Shown in pieces: positions 8,339 to 18,931 of a DNA stretch of 64,000 nucleotides. Origin of the DNA: Anaerolineales bacterium (GTDB lineage: Bacteria > Chloroflexota > Anaerolineae > Anaerolineales > UBA6663). The notes under the pieces are model-generated. The model searched no databases and was not told where the DNA came from. It saw only the letters and a program-made list of their open reading frames with translations. The stretch is taken from NCBI GenBank assembly GCA_016789175.1, contig JAEURK010000122.1, forward strand, positions 718-64,717, in the 5' to 3' direction. The translations under genes and the position numbers were made by a program. How positions within the stretch are numbered: the stretch's first letter is position 1; each line of letters begins with the position of its first letter.

Positions 8339-9202
8339 TCAGGCAGCCAGGAAGGACTCCGCTTCCTGGACGGCCGGCATCACTTGTAACAGGAGGGCCT
8401 GAAAGCCCGCTTCATCCAGCCCCAAGCGCTCGAGCGCAGACGGCTCGATCTGATACTGGAGGCCATCGCTCCCGAGTCCGATTCCCAACATCATGACAGC
8501 GATGTCCGCGGTGTACACCGCAGCGACCAGCCCGGCCGCCTCTGGATCCGGCACATCCAACGGGCGATGGTGAAACTGGATCGCCTGGACCAGTCGATCC
8601 GGCAGGTTCCAGCGCCGGGCCATCTCCGCGCCGAGGTCGGCGTGATTGAGGCCAAAGCATTGGGTCTCCAGCTCGTCGAACGGTAGCTGCGCCCATTCGG
8701 GACGCGCCAGTTCGACGTCGCGCAGCAGGAGCTCATAGGCGAGCTTGCCGATATCGGCCAGCAAGGCGGCGTTGTACGCTTCCTCGGTGATCGCGCGGCC
8801 AAGCTTGGTCGCAGCCAGGCGGGCGGCCGTGGCCATGCCCACCGCGTGCTTCCACAGCGAGCCGCGCTCCAGTCCGTAGCCGGGGACGGGTCGGTTGAAA
8901 AGCGACGCAACCGAGGCCGCGATCACAAGGTTCTGCACGGTGCCGTTGCCCAGGTAGACGATCGCATGCTGAACCGTGGTCACCGGATGGCGCAGACCGA
9001 AGAAAGCCGAGTTCGCCCAGCGCAGCACCAGGCCGGCGAGCGCCTGGTCCATCGACAGGACGCGCGCCAACGCGCTGGCATCCGAGCGCGGATTGCGGAT
9101 CAGCTCGAGGGCCTTGTAAGCGGCCGCCGGAAGCGGAGGCAGTTCGCCGATCCGCTGCAGGGCTTCCTCAGCCGTGAGGGGCTTGCCGATCTGGACGGTC
9201 AT
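8339..9202 (-). CDS. HDOD domain protein
   Basis: 287 aa. HDOD-type pattern LPPLPAAAYKALELIRNP...LARVLSMDQALAGLVLRWANSAFFG plus an HD-like LGLNHADLGAEMARRWNLP. ATGA overlap with the cheR stop. Confidence 0.8.
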   Translation of the reverse strand: MTVQIGKPLTAEEALQRIGELPPLPAAAYKALELIRNPRSDASALARVLSMDQALAGLVLRWANSAFFGLRHPVTTVQHAIVYLGNGTVQNLVIAASVASLFNRPVPGYGLERGSLWKHAVGMATAARLAATKLGRAITEEAYNAALLADIGKLAYELLLRDVELARPEWAQLPFDELETQCFGLNHADLGAEMARRWNLPDRLVQAIQFHHRPLDVPDPEAAGLVAAVYTADIAVMMLGIGLGSDGLQYQIEPSALERLGLDEAGFQALLLQVMPAVQEAESFLAA

Positions 9203-10017
9203 GACGCCTCTGGGCGCTGGTAGAACGAGATACCAGCGCTCTTGAACCCGATTTGTGCAGCTTGCGAGACCACTTCCGTGCCGCCGACGAAGAGCACGCC
9301 GCCCGGCCGCAGGCTGTCATAGAACTTGCGATACAGTCCGGCCTTGGCCGGCTCGGTGAAGTAGATAACCACGTTACGGCAGAGCACCAGGTCGAAATCG
9401 GTGCCGGCCGGCGGCATCGTCACCAGGTTGTGTTCGCTGAACGAGATCCGGCGCTGGATCTTTTCGACGACGCGATAGGGCGGGCCGCCCGGCTCGAAAT
9501 ACTTGGCCTTGAAGGCGGCGCTGACGTTGGCGGTGTCCTCGGCCGGATAGGGGCCGCGCGCCTTCGAGCGCGCCAGCGCGCCGCGGTCGAGGTCGGTCGC
9601 CACGATCTCATAACGGCCGCCGTGACCGAGCTCTTCGAGCATCATGGCCAGGCTATACGGCTCCAACCCGATCGAGCAGCCGGCGCTCCAAATGCGGAGC
9701 TTGGCGCCCAGGGTGCCGCCGGCCGCGGCCTGGCGCCCTTTAAGCACCAGCGGCACGATCGCATCACGCAGGTAGTCCCAGCGATCGGGGTCGCGGAAGA
9801 AGGCCGAGACGTTGATCGTCAGATAATCGCGCAGCTTGGCGATATCCGGCTCCGAGCCCTTGATCGCTGTGAAATATTCGGGCCAGGTCTTACGACCGGA
9901 GCGGACCAGCCAGGCGTCCAGACGGCGCCGCATCTGCTCATCCTTGTAGTAATCCAGGTCGATATCAAGGATGGCGCGGATACTGCGCTTGACTGTCGCG
10001 TACGTCTCGAGATCCAT
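9199..10017 (-). CDS. cheR: chemotaxis protein methyltransferase CheR
   Basis: 272 aa. TINVSAFFRDP, SAM-binding IWSAGCSIGLEPYSLAMML and CRNVVIYF. Confidence 0.9.
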   Translation of the reverse strand: MDLETYATVKRSIRAILDIDLDYYKDEQMRRRLDAWLVRSGRKTWPEYFTAIKGSEPDIAKLRDYLTINVSAFFRDPDRWDYLRDAIVPLVLKGRQAAAGGTLGAKLRIWSAGCSIGLEPYSLAMMLEELGHGGRYEIVATDLDRGALARSKARGPYPAEDTANVSAAFKAKYFEPGGPPYRVVEKIQRRISFSEHNLVTMPPAGTDFDLVLCRNVVIYFTEPAKAGLYRKFYDSLRPGGVLFVGGTEVVSQAAQIGFKSAGISFYQRPEAS

Positions 10018-10034
10018 AGCTTAGCTACCTCACC

Positions 10035-11117
10035 TTATCGGCGCACCGCGCGTTCGATCGCGCGGGCCACCTCGGGCAGCGGCGCGATTTCGTCGGCCAC
10101 ACCCGCTTCGGCGACGCTGCGCGGCATCCCCCACACCACGCACGTGCTCTCGTCTTCGGCGATGACATGTCCGCCGGCTTGATGCACCAGGGTCGCACCC
10201 TGCGTGCCGTCGTGGCCCATCCCGGTCAGGATGGCCGTCACCAGGCGCCCGCGATAATGCGGCACCAGAGAGGTCAGGGTCACGTCGATTGCCGGTCGTA
10301 CACCCTGGACGGGCGGGTTCTGGTTCAGCGTCGCGCGCACGTTGGCGTCGAACTGCAAATGGAACCCCCCGGGCGCCAGCAGCGCCAGACCGGCCTCCAG
10401 CGCATCCCCGGGACGTGCCTCGCGCACATGGAAGCCCGAGATCCCGTCCAATCGCTCGGCCAGCGAGCGCGTGAACCCGACCGGCATGTGTTGCACGATC
10501 ACCACAGCCGCGTTGAGATTCCCGGCCAACCCTTGCATGACGGTCTGCAGCGCCCGCGGACCGCCGGTCGAGGAGCCGATGAACACCACCCGATCGGTGT
10601 TGCGCAGCTCACGCGTCGTCTTGACCGTCTGCGGCGGGGCCGGCTCGGTCGCCAGCGTCATCGGGCGCGAAAGTCGTCCGACCTTGACCCGGGCCGCGGC
10701 GCGGACCTTGGCGATGACCTCTTCCATTACACCGGCAACGTTGGCGCGCGAGGCCGGTTTCGTGACGAAATCGACAGCGCCCAGCGTCAACGCCTGGACC
10801 GTCTCACGCGCGCCCTCACCGGTCAGCGAACTCAACATGACCACCGGTCGCGGAGCCGAGGCCATGATCTGACGCAACGTGGTCAGCCCATCCATCCTCG
10901 GCATCTCGACGTCAAGGGTCACCACATCGGGCTGAAAACGCTGGATCAACCCCAACGCCTCTTCGCCGTCATGGGCGCTCGCCACCACCTGGATGCCGGC
11001 CGCATCGTTCAGATGCTTGGAGATCGTGAACCGCATGAACGCGGAATCGTCGACCACCAACACCCGGATCGTGCCGGTCGCCGCAGGCGGCGCATCAGCG
11101 GATCGCGTGACCATCAT
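10035..11117 (-). CDS. cheB: protein-glutamate methylesterase/deamidase CheB (REC + CheB_methylest)
   Basis: 360 aa. Receiver motifs VLVVDDSAFMR and DVVTLDVEMPRMDG. Catalytic region IGSSTGGP...HMP...GMGHDG. Confidence 0.9.
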   Translation of the reverse strand: MMVTRSADAPPAATGTIRVLVVDDSAFMRFTISKHLNDAAGIQVVASAHDGEEALGLIQRFQPDVVTLDVEMPRMDGLTTLRQIMASAPRPVVMLSSLTGEGARETVQALTLGAVDFVTKPASRANVAGVMEEVIAKVRAAARVKVGRLSRPMTLATEPAPPQTVKTTRELRNTDRVVFIGSSTGGPRALQTVMQGLAGNLNAAVVIVQHMPVGFTRSLAERLDGISGFHVREARPGDALEAGLALLAPGGFHLQFDANVRATLNQNPPVQGVRPAIDVTLTSLVPHYRGRLVTAILTGMGHDGTQGATLVHQAGGHVIAEDESTCVVWGMPRSVAEAGVADEIAPLPEVARAIERAVRR

Positions 11118-11130
11118 GGGGTGTTGACCC

Positions 11131-11487
11131 TTAGGCCAGGGCGCGCTTCAGGGCGGCCAGCACGCGATCTGGTTCGAACGGCTTGACCACGAAGTCACGG
11201 GCGCCCGACTTGATTGCCTCGAGCACGACCGACTCCTGCCCGAGCGCCGTGAGCATGACGACCCGCGCGTTCGGATCGCCGCTGCGGATCTCCTTGAGAG
11301 CGGCCAGGCCGTCCATCTCGGGCATGGTCACGTCCATGAGGACCGCATCGGGCCGGTTCTCGCGATACTTGGCCACGGCCTTGGCGCCGTTGTCGGCCTC
11401 GACGACTTCGTGACCGTTGCCGGTCAGCATCTTCGTGATGCGCACCCGCAGGAACTCCGCATCATCCACCACTAGAATCTTCGCCAT
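11131..11487 (-). CDS. cheY: chemotaxis response regulator CheY
   Basis: 118 aa. MAKILVVDDAEFLR, VLMDVTMPEMDG, FVVKPF. GGAGGG SD upstream. Confidence 0.9.
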   Translation of the reverse strand: MAKILVVDDAEFLRVRITKMLTGNGHEVVEADNGAKAVAKYRENRPDAVLMDVTMPEMDGLAALKEIRSGDPNARVVMLTALGQESVVLEAIKSGARDFVVKPFEPDRVLAALKRALA

Positions 11488-11575
11488 CGTTCATCCCTCC
11501 ATCACAACTTCGACTGTGCGCTTGAACGCCGAGTGCGTTCGCGCGCCCTGCCCCGGGCCGCGACCTTGACCGGGT

Positions 11576-12067
11576 TTACGCCAATGCCTTTTCCTGATTG
11601 CCAAGGGCCTTCACCGTCATGCGTCCGTCGGTCACGTACAGCCGCACCGTTCGCCCTACCGTCCCGCCGACATCCTCAGCCAGCAGTCTGAGCCGCAACC
11701 CGTCGAGCACGATCCGCGTCTGCTGCACGTTGCGCTCGCCGATGTTGAAGGCCTGCTTGGCGCCCGGCGCCGAGAGCATGTTGGCGCCGCCGGCGATCCG
11801 CACGTGCAGCCGGCTGCGCATGGCTCCGGCCTTCTCCATCTCTTCGAGCAGCTTGGGGATGCCGGTCGTCACGAACTTGCCGGGAACCTGCTCCGTGCCG
11901 TTCAGGCTCTGGGGCAGGACGGCATGCAACAGGCCGGCCACCTTCGAAACCGGGTCGAATACGCCGACCCCGACGCAGGAGCCCAGACCGTAAGCCACCA
12001 ACACATCGCCGGGGCTGCTGCTGATCTTGATTTCGCCCAGCCCAACGGGCAGTGCCTGATCGGCCAT
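11576..12067 (-). CDS. cheD: chemoreceptor glutamine deamidase CheD
   Basis: 163 aa. CheD signature GLGSCVGVGVFDP...LLHAVLP...GGANM. Confidence 0.85.
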   Translation of the reverse strand: MADQALPVGLGEIKISSSPGDVLVAYGLGSCVGVGVFDPVSKVAGLLHAVLPQSLNGTEQVPGKFVTTGIPKLLEEMEKAGAMRSRLHVRIAGGANMLSAPGAKQAFNIGERNVQQTRIVLDGLRLRLLAEDVGGTVGRTVRLYVTDGRMTVKALGNQEKALA

Positions 12068-12068
12068 G

Positions 12069-12668
12069 TCAGCTCCCGGTCCCCCGGAACATCTCGAGCG
12101 AGTTCGCGTCCGGGATGATCCAGAACATCACCTCGACCTCGCGGCCGGCGCGCACGAAAGTGCCCTGAAGCATCAGCACTTCGTCGCTGATCCCGGCCAC
12201 GGTGGCGGTCACGACGTTCAAGATCGCGCCCACCATATCGACGATCACGGCCGGCGGGCTCGGACGAGCATCCCAGTGCATGATCGTGGCCACCCGGTTG
12301 AGGAAATAGCCGGTCGTGATGTTGCCGACCTCGCCCAGGGCCGAGCGCTCCATCGAGCCGAGCGTCTTGGTCGAACCGACCGGCTCGCCGATCACCAGAT
12401 CGACCAGCTCGCAGGCTTTTTCGAAGGGCAGTACGAGCACGAATTGCGCCACCAGATCGCCTTCGGATTGAAGGTAGATCCCGACCGCCTCGCGCTCGGG
12501 GCCGCCCAGCACATTGGGGATCTCGACCAGCGGCACCATCCGGGTCGCCGGGCGGCTGGACATGATCTGTTCGCCCAACATCCCCGACAGGCCTTCGGCC
12601 GCGTGCTGAAAACCCTGGATCCCGGTCGTCTCGAGGAAGAGCTTGAGCTTCTCGTCGTTATTCATCAT
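12069..12668 (-). CDS. cheC: CheY-P phosphatase CheC
   Basis: About 199 aa from ATG 12668. The second active-site motif ALGEVGNITTGY...PSPP is clear; the first E-x2-N motif is not evident. Lies 1 nt from the cheD start. Confidence 0.8.
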   Translation of the reverse strand: MMNNDEKLKLFLETTGIQGFQHAAEGLSGMLGEQIMSSRPATRMVPLVEIPNVLGGPEREAVGIYLQSEGDLVAQFVLVLPFEKACELVDLVIGEPVGSTKTLGSMERSALGEVGNITTGYFLNRVATIMHWDARPSPPAVIVDMVGAILNVVTATVAGISDEVLMLQGTFVRAGREVEVMFWIIPDANSLEMFRGTGS

Positions 12669-12690
12669 TGCCAGGTGCTTCTTTCTAGCC

Positions 12691-14712
12691 TTACGCACCG
12701 CCAAGCCGGAACAGGCCGGGCACATCGGCGATCAGGGCTACCCGCCCATCGCCCAGAATGGCGGCCCCGGCCGTGCCGGGCGTGTCGCCGATCAAGGAGC
12801 TGATGGTCTTGATGACCAGCTCCTGCTCACCGATCAGGCGGTCGACCGCCAGACCCATCTCGAGCTTGCCCCAGCGCACGGCCACGACATATTCCTGGGC
12901 CCGTGGCTTGCGCTGGCCGCCGTTCAAGGCCAGGACCTCGCCCAGATACACGATCGGCAGCACCCGCTCGCGCAGGCGCATGACCGGTCGGCCGTTGATC
13001 TTCTTGATCTGTTCCTTGGGCACCCGCAGCGCTTCGACCACGCTCGGCAACGGCACGGCCATGGTGTTGTCGTTGACCTTCACCAGCAGTGCCGGAACGA
13101 TCGCAAGCGTCAGCGGCAGCGAGACGCTGAACACCGTGCCTTCACCCGGTTTGGTGTCGATCGCGATCGAGCCGTTCAGGCGTTCGATGTTAGAGCGCAC
13201 AATGTCCATTCCGACGCCGCGCCCCGAAATGTTCGAGACGTTGCGGGCGGTGGACAGTCCCGATTCAAAGATCAGGTTGATGGCTTCGTCGTTTGACAGA
13301 GCCGCGGCCTCGGCCTCGGTCAGCCGGCCCTTGCGGACCGCGCTGGCCTTTACGGCTTCGACGTTGATACCGCGGCCGTCATCCTCAACGGTCACGATGA
13401 TCCGGCCTTCTTCGTGGCGCGCCGTGAGTAGCACGGTGCCGGTCGCGCTCTTGCCGGCCGCGATGCGCGCCTCGGGCCCTTCCAGGCCGTGATCGACCGA
13501 GTTGCGCACCAGATGGATCAGCGGGTCGCTGATCGCCTCGATCACAGTCCGGTCGAGCTCGGTGTCTTCGCCGCGCATCTGCAGGTCGATCTGCTTGCCC
13601 GTCGCTTTGGCCAGGTCACGCACCAGACGCGGGAACTTGTTGAACGCGGTCGAGATCGGCAGCATGCGGATCCGCATCACCTCTTCTTGCAGTTGATCGG
13701 TGATGCGGGCCAGATGCTGGGTCGTCTGAACCAGGTCCTCGTACAGGCTGTCGCCGCGCAGTTTGGGCTCGATGCTCGAGCGGAGTTGCGCCAGGCGGTT
13801 GCGATCGGTGATCAGCTCACCGGTCAGGTTCATCAGGGTGTTGACCCGCTCGATCGTGGTACGGATCGTCTGTTCGCCGGCGGCGGGCTTGGGGGCCGCA
13901 GCCGACTTCCCGGCCGGCTCGGGCGCCTTGACCTTCACCGGCGTTGGCTCGGGCAGTTGGGCGGCCACCGCCACCGGCGCCGCGGCTTCCGGCAGCGGCT
14001 GACCAGCGGGCACCACCGCCACCCGCGTCACGTCCGAGACCCAGGCCAGGGCCTGTTCGATCTCAGCCGGGCTCTTGTCGGTCTGCATCTGCCCCACGAA
14101 GCGTGCGCACGGCTTGGCGGCTTCGATCGTTGCCGCATCCGGCACATGGCTGGCCAGGGTGCCCAGCCCCTGCAGCGTGATCATGATCTGCAGAGCGCGC
14201 GCCGCCGAGGCGACGCTGGCCGGGTCGATGTCCACCACGACCTGGAGCCCGTTGCCCGTCGCCGGCTCGGGCGCCGCGGTCGGCACGCTGACAGACGCCT
14301 CGGGCGCCTCGGGCGCGATGTTCTCCATGTTGATCTCGAGGGCCGTGACCAGCACGTGGTGATCGACGTCGCTGACCTCGTGTGTTACGACCTCTTCCAG
14401 GAGCAGCCGCAGCGCGTCCAGGCTGCCCAGCAAAGCATCCATCATCTGCGGCGAGGTGCTGTACTGGCCCTTGCGCAGTCCGTCGAGCACGGTCTCCATC
14501 GCATGCGTGAGTTCTGTCATGCGGATGTGACCGATCGCGCCGGCCGCGCCTTTCAGGGTGTGCGCGGCCCGAAAGATCACCTGGAGCAATTCGTCATCGG
14601 CGCCCGAGCGCTCGAGACGCATCAGGCCGTCTTCGAGTTTCTGAAGTTGTTCTTCGGCTTCGGGCATGAAGACCTGGAGTTCATCGTCTGCGATATCAAA
14701 CATGATCGGCAT
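12691..14712 (-). CDS. cheA: chemotaxis histidine kinase CheA
   Basis: 673 aa. Hpt box FRAAHTLKGAAGAIG, kinase core HLVRNSVDHG...DDGRGI...GRGVGMDIV, C-terminal CheW-like domain. GGAGAGGG SD upstream. Confidence 0.95.
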   Translation of the reverse strand: MPIMFDIADDELQVFMPEAEEQLQKLEDGLMRLERSGADDELLQVIFRAAHTLKGAAGAIGHIRMTELTHAMETVLDGLRKGQYSTSPQMMDALLGSLDALRLLLEEVVTHEVSDVDHHVLVTALEINMENIAPEAPEASVSVPTAAPEPATGNGLQVVVDIDPASVASAARALQIMITLQGLGTLASHVPDAATIEAAKPCARFVGQMQTDKSPAEIEQALAWVSDVTRVAVVPAGQPLPEAAAPVAVAAQLPEPTPVKVKAPEPAGKSAAAPKPAAGEQTIRTTIERVNTLMNLTGELITDRNRLAQLRSSIEPKLRGDSLYEDLVQTTQHLARITDQLQEEVMRIRMLPISTAFNKFPRLVRDLAKATGKQIDLQMRGEDTELDRTVIEAISDPLIHLVRNSVDHGLEGPEARIAAGKSATGTVLLTARHEEGRIIVTVEDDGRGINVEAVKASAVRKGRLTEAEAAALSNDEAINLIFESGLSTARNVSNISGRGVGMDIVRSNIERLNGSIAIDTKPGEGTVFSVSLPLTLAIVPALLVKVNDNTMAVPLPSVVEALRVPKEQIKKINGRPVMRLRERVLPIVYLGEVLALNGGQRKPRAQEYVVAVRWGKLEMGLAVDRLIGEQELVIKTISSLIGDTPGTAGAAILGDGRVALIADVPGLFRLGGA

Positions 14713-14800
14713 GTTGGCACCCTCTCCGCTTCACTGTAGCATTTCGGTTAGTGCGCTTCTATAAATCGGCTGTGAAGGCAGCGGAAATTCGAGCGAAAAG

Positions 14801-15039
14801 CTAACCGACCGGCACGGCCTGCGATTCGACCAGCAGAATGTTGTGACGGGCCGCGAAAGCCTCCAGGTCAACGGCGCGTATACGGATCTTTAATCCCAGC
14901 TCGGTGTTGTAGGCCGGCAGGCCCTTGTACCGGATCCAGCGCCGGATAGTCTCGGTGGAGACGCGGCAGCGGGCTGCGGCTTCCCGGGTCGAAAGCACGG
15001 CATCAGCACGATCGATGGGTTGAGCGACGTGAGCGATCA

Positions 15040-15040
<1 letters not shown>
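14801..15040 (-). CDS. small helix-turn-helix DNA-binding protein (excisionase/MerR-type HTH)
   Basis: 79 aa. LSTREAAARCRVSTETIRRWIRYKGLPAY. The ATG at 15040 shares 1 nt with the kinase TGA. The long track ORF to 15481 is an upstream extension inside the kinase gene. Confidence 0.6.
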
Positions 15041-16404
<1,364 letters not shown>

Positions 16405-16621
16405 GGCCAGCCTCCATTCGCCACAGAGACGTCATCGGCCACAACCGCCACATGGGGCGTAAAGCTCTGCTAAAATTCCGCGGGTTTCACAATCGATAGC
16501 TTTGCCACCCACCTCGGGACGTTCCGCGCCGAACGCGGTGCTTCAAGCGCCGGGTGCGGGCTCGCCCAGCCCGTGGGAAAGGCACTGCCAGTATTTCACG
16601 CAAGTTGAAAGGCACCGACAC

Positions 16622-17080
16622 ATGGACAAGACACTGGTCATCATCAAACCCGACGGCGTGCAGCGCGGGCTGGTGGGTGAGATCATCGCCCGGCTCGAGC
16701 GCCGCGGGCTGCGCCTGGTTGCAATGAAGATGCAGGCGGTCAGCCCCGAACTGGCGGCCCGGCACTATGCCGTCCATCAGGGCAAGCCGTTTTACGAGGG
16801 TTTGGTGAGCTACATCAGCAGTTCGCCGGTCATCGTACTGGCGGTCGAGGGCAATAAGGCGATCGAAGCGGTCCGCCAGACCGTGGGCGCCACGAACCCG
16901 ACCGCGGCCGCGCCCGGCACGATCCGCGCCGATTTCGGGATGGACATCGGCCGAAACCTGATCCACGCCTCCGACGGCCCGGAGACCGCGGCGCAGGAGC
17001 TTGCCCTCTGGTTCGGCGAAGGCGAAGTGCTCAGCTGGGCGCGCGATGGCGAGCGCTGGGTGTACGAGAAGATCGCTTAA
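16622..17080 (+). CDS. ndk: nucleoside diphosphate kinase
   Basis: MDKTLVIIKPDGVQRGLVGEII...NLIHASD. ATG at 16622. Confidence 0.95.
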   Translation: MDKTLVIIKPDGVQRGLVGEIIARLERRGLRLVAMKMQAVSPELAARHYAVHQGKPFYEGLVSYISSSPVIVLAVEGNKAIEAVRQTVGATNPTAAAPGTIRADFGMDIGRNLIHASDGPETAAQELALWFGEGEVLSWARDGERWVYEKIA

Positions 17081-17087
17081 AGCAGAA

Positions 17088-17141
17088 GAGGGAGGAGAGA
17101 GGAGGGAGCGCTGCCGCGCGCTCCCTCCTCTCTCCTCCCTC
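17088..17141. terminator. bidirectional hairpin between convergent ndk and rsfS
   Basis: Perfect 24-bp arms GAGGGAGGAGAGAGGAGGGAGCGC (17088-17111) and reverse complement (17118-17141) with a 6-nt loop. Polypurine/polypyrimidine composition. Confidence 0.65.
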
Positions 17142-17159
17142 CACATTCGTCCTGACTTC

Positions 17160-17528
17160 CTACTGGATCCTCAAGACCGTCTTGGCCTCGTTCCAGAGCT
17201 CTTCGAGCTTGTAGCGCTGTCGTTGCGCGGGCGAAAAGAGGTGCGCGATGACGTCGCGACAATCGACCAGGATCCAGCCGCCGGCCGGCTGCCCCTGAAT
17301 GCGCGGCGACTTCTGGCGCAGGTTTTTGCGCATGTGCTCGGCCAGACCGTCCGCGAGCGCGTCGAGTTGACGGTCGCTCGTGCCGGTGGCAATGATGAAG
17401 TAGTCGGTGAACGAACTGAGGCCCTGGACATCGAGCAACACGATATCTTCGGCCTTTTTGTCCTCGAGGACATCCACGAGCGACCGGGCATATTCAAGCG
17501 TCTTCAGAGTGTTCTTCTCCTCGCTCAC
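17160..17528 (-). CDS. rsfS: ribosome silencing factor RsfS (iojap-like)
   Basis: 122 aa. DIVLLDV...TDYFIIATGTSDRQ...WILVDCRDVIAHLF. GTG start. Confidence 0.9.
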   Translation of the reverse strand: MSEEKNTLKTLEYARSLVDVLEDKKAEDIVLLDVQGLSSFTDYFIIATGTSDRQLDALADGLAEHMRKNLRQKSPRIQGQPAGGWILVDCRDVIAHLFSPAQRQRYKLEELWNEAKTVLRIQ

Positions 17529-17543
17529 AATCGAATTGGGGGA

Positions 17544-18137
17544 TTATAACGCCGCCGCGACGAGCCGGGAATAGCGGGATCCCCCCGGGCCCATCTGGCT
17601 GCGCACCAGGGCGACCTCTTTCGCGTCCCAGGCCAGCGGCTCGACTTTAGGAAGCGCTGCCAGCGCGCTCCTGAGCGTCTCGATCTGGGTCGTGCGCAGA
17701 TCCTCGCGCACCCGGCCCAGTGTCAGGTGCGGTCGAAACGGCCGCCCTTCCGGCGCCCATCCGACCCGCGCCAGGGCTTTATCAAGGGCGGCCGTCAATG
17801 CCGGCAGCCCGCCGCCCACGTCCCGCATCCCGACAAACAAGACCCGCGGGGCGGTCCTGCCCGACGGGAAGCTTCCGTATCCAGATAACTCGAGCCGTTG
17901 CGGACCGGGCGCGGCGCGGACCGCCGCCTTCACAGCCGCCTCCGCGTCCGTCTGCCGGGATCCGGCCGTCTCGCCCAAGAACCGCAGCGTGAGGTGGATG
18001 CCCTCCGGGGCCACCCAACGGATCGACCCTTCAGGCAAACGTGTTCGACAGACGCGTTGGATCCGCCCGAGCGCCTCAACGATCTCGGGCGGCAGCGTCA
18101 GCTCGATAAACAACCGCAGGGTCTCGTCGTCACTCAT
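17544..18137 (-). CDS. thpR: RNA 2',3'-cyclic phosphodiesterase (2H family, ThpR/LigT)
   Basis: 197 aa from ATG 18137. Two HxTx motifs (HLTLRF, HLTLGR). ATGA overlap with the upstream hydrolase stop. Confidence 0.85.
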   Translation of the reverse strand: MSDDETLRLFIELTLPPEIVEALGRIQRVCRTRLPEGSIRWVAPEGIHLTLRFLGETAGSRQTDAEAAVKAAVRAAPGPQRLELSGYGSFPSGRTAPRVLFVGMRDVGGGLPALTAALDKALARVGWAPEGRPFRPHLTLGRVREDLRTTQIETLRSALAALPKVEPLAWDAKEVALVRSQMGPGGSRYSRLVAAAL

Positions 18138-18928
18138 AGGGCGCTCTCCTTGGTCGGCAGCGTGTGCTGAAAGAAGGATCGGAGCAGCTCCGCGACGGCG
18201 TGCGGCTTCGTATCCGTGATGGTATGTCCTGCCACAAACCGCACCAGCCGCGCATTGGGCAGGGCCGCCACAGCCGACATCCCTTCGCTGTTGGGCACGT
18301 TGAGGTCCAGGCTCCCGACCACGATCAGGCCGGGAGCGGTCACCGTCGCCAGCCGGGGCCGGACGTCGAAACCCGCCAGCAGATCCCAGGTGTGCAGCAG
18401 GGCCGGCCCGGAGGCCTGGTTGAAATCGTCGATGCGGCGTTGCACCGGCCAGATCAATTCGCGGATCTGATCCAGGGCCGGCTGAGCGAGCAAAGGACCG
18501 AGGACGGTCTGCGAGAGCTCCTGCGACCACCCCATCCAGCGCGAGCGCGCCGGAAGGCGATTCAACAGGCGCAGGATCACGCGCCCCGTCACGACCGGGT
18601 TGATCGCCGCGAAAGCGCGCACGCGTTCCGGCTGGTCGGCCGCAAACCGCAGCGTAAGCGCCCCGCCCATCGAATGGCCGACCAGCCCACAGGCGCCGAT
18701 GCCGTGAGCGTCGCAGAACTCATTCAGCCAAAGGCTGTACGCCTCCGCATCGATCGCGCGCGGTCCGAGATCGGGTGCCGACCCGAAGCCCGGCAGGTCG
18801 ATCGACCAACATCGAAACGAGGCTGCCAGCGTCGGGATAAGCCGTTTCCACAGATGACGCGAACTGGCCCAACCGTGGAGGAGCAAGAGATCGGGCCCGG
18901 CGCCGGCGACGTCGAAGAAGGGCTGCAT
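18134..18928 (-). CDS. alpha/beta-fold hydrolase
   Basis: 264 aa. LLLLHGW and nucleophile elbow GHSMGG. Confidence 0.8.
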   Translation of the reverse strand: MQPFFDVAGAGPDLLLLHGWASSRHLWKRLIPTLAASFRCWSIDLPGFGSAPDLGPRAIDAEAYSLWLNEFCDAHGIGACGLVGHSMGGALTLRFAADQPERVRAFAAINPVVTGRVILRLLNRLPARSRWMGWSQELSQTVLGPLLAQPALDQIRELIWPVQRRIDDFNQASGPALLHTWDLLAGFDVRPRLATVTAPGLIVVGSLDLNVPNSEGMSAVAALPNARLVRFVAGHTITDTKPHAVAELLRSFFQHTLPTKESAL

Positions 18929-18931
18929 GGG

